A stretch of DNA of 35,709 nucleotides from Bacteriovoracia bacterium (GTDB lineage Bacteria > Bdellovibrionota > Bacteriovoracia > Bacteriovoracales > Bacteriovoracaceae). The position numbers were made by a program, and so were the translations under genes. Position 1 is the stretch's first letter. Every line of letters begins with the position of its first letter. Of the stretch, positions 35,504 through 35,709 are shown piece after piece. The notes under the pieces are model-generated. The model was not told where the DNA came from. It did not search any database and saw only the letters and a program-made list of their open reading frames with translations. The stretch is from contig JBKHVI010000027.1 of NCBI GenBank assembly GCA_046570105.1, positions 1-35,709 of the forward strand. The letters run 5' to 3'.

Positions 35504-35709
35504 ATGAGTATAGATGAAGCTTTGGAAGCTCTCGCGAGTGATACAAATATCAAGTTTAAAGACCTTCTCAAAATTTGCGAGAATTTTTTTGAAGGCCCGA
35601 AGATAAAAGGAAGTCATCATATCTTCAAAACTCCATGGCAAGGCCAGCCATGGGTGAACATTCAGAAGGATGGAAACAAGGCCAAGAGCTATCAGGTGAA
35701 ACAAGTTCG
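35504..35709 (+). CDS. hicA: HicA-family toxin, truncated by the window end
   Basis: Not in the ORF track. MSIDEALEALASDTNIKFKDLLKICENFFEGPKIKGSHHIFKTPWQGQPWVNIQKDGNKAKSYQVKQV; GSH motif and NIQ..G.AK.YQVKQ. Confidence 0.88.
   Translation, partial: MSIDEALEALASDTNIKFKDLLKICENFFEGPKIKGSHHIFKTPWQGQPWVNIQKDGNKAKSYQVKQV

Larger units (their letters stand above)
29117..35709 (-). mobile_element. Integrative element (FtsK/TcpA + Replic_Relax type) with tandem tyrosine recombinases; right end outside the window, left end approximate
   Basis: Co-oriented ftsK-like, relaxase, mom-xis, int, int genes plus hicA; no tRNA or att duplication visible to fix the boundary. Confidence 0.85.

Noticed and set aside
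35288..35704. Minus-strand ORFs of 69 and 67 aa
   Set aside because: One overlaps the hicA promoter and the other is antisense to hicA; no motifs.
1..35709. CRISPR arrays, tRNA and rRNA genes
   Set aside because: No regularly spaced repeats or tRNA/rRNA signatures seen in the short intergenic regions by eye; tRNAscan-SE and Infernal would be needed to exclude small RNAs.

Overview
Bacterial chromosomal window, by gene content and style probably from a Bdellovibrionota/Bacteriovorax-like organism (inference). Bases 1-19.8 kb hold ordinary housekeeping and accessory genes: selO (missed by the ORF track, truncated), YceI, NCS2 permease, DUF3445, DMT, two orphan histidine kinases, ygiQ, a Tat-exported GMC oxidase, menB, a Fic operon, cyclophilin, OsmC, pirin and a PldB-like hydrolase. 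Bases 20.1-29.1 kb hold a three-gene locus: a small lipoprotein, a 2702-aa secreted teneurin-like RHS/YD protein with a Gly-rich C-terminal tip, and a lipoprotein that is a candidate immunity protein. From about 29.1 kb to the window end lies an integrative element on the minus strand: FtsK/TcpA-like ATPase, Replic_Relax relaxase, a Mom-like DNA-modifying GNAT fused to an excisionase-like HTH, and two tandem paralogous tyrosine recombinases, one with substituted catalytic residues. A hicA toxin (missed by the ORF track) follows on the plus strand. The FtsK-relaxase genes are preceded by a perfect sigma54 promoter, an IHF-like site and two or three related palindromes that look like enhancers. 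This element is the best candidate for an undescribed system. All family calls come from motif recognition by eye; no database search was run.
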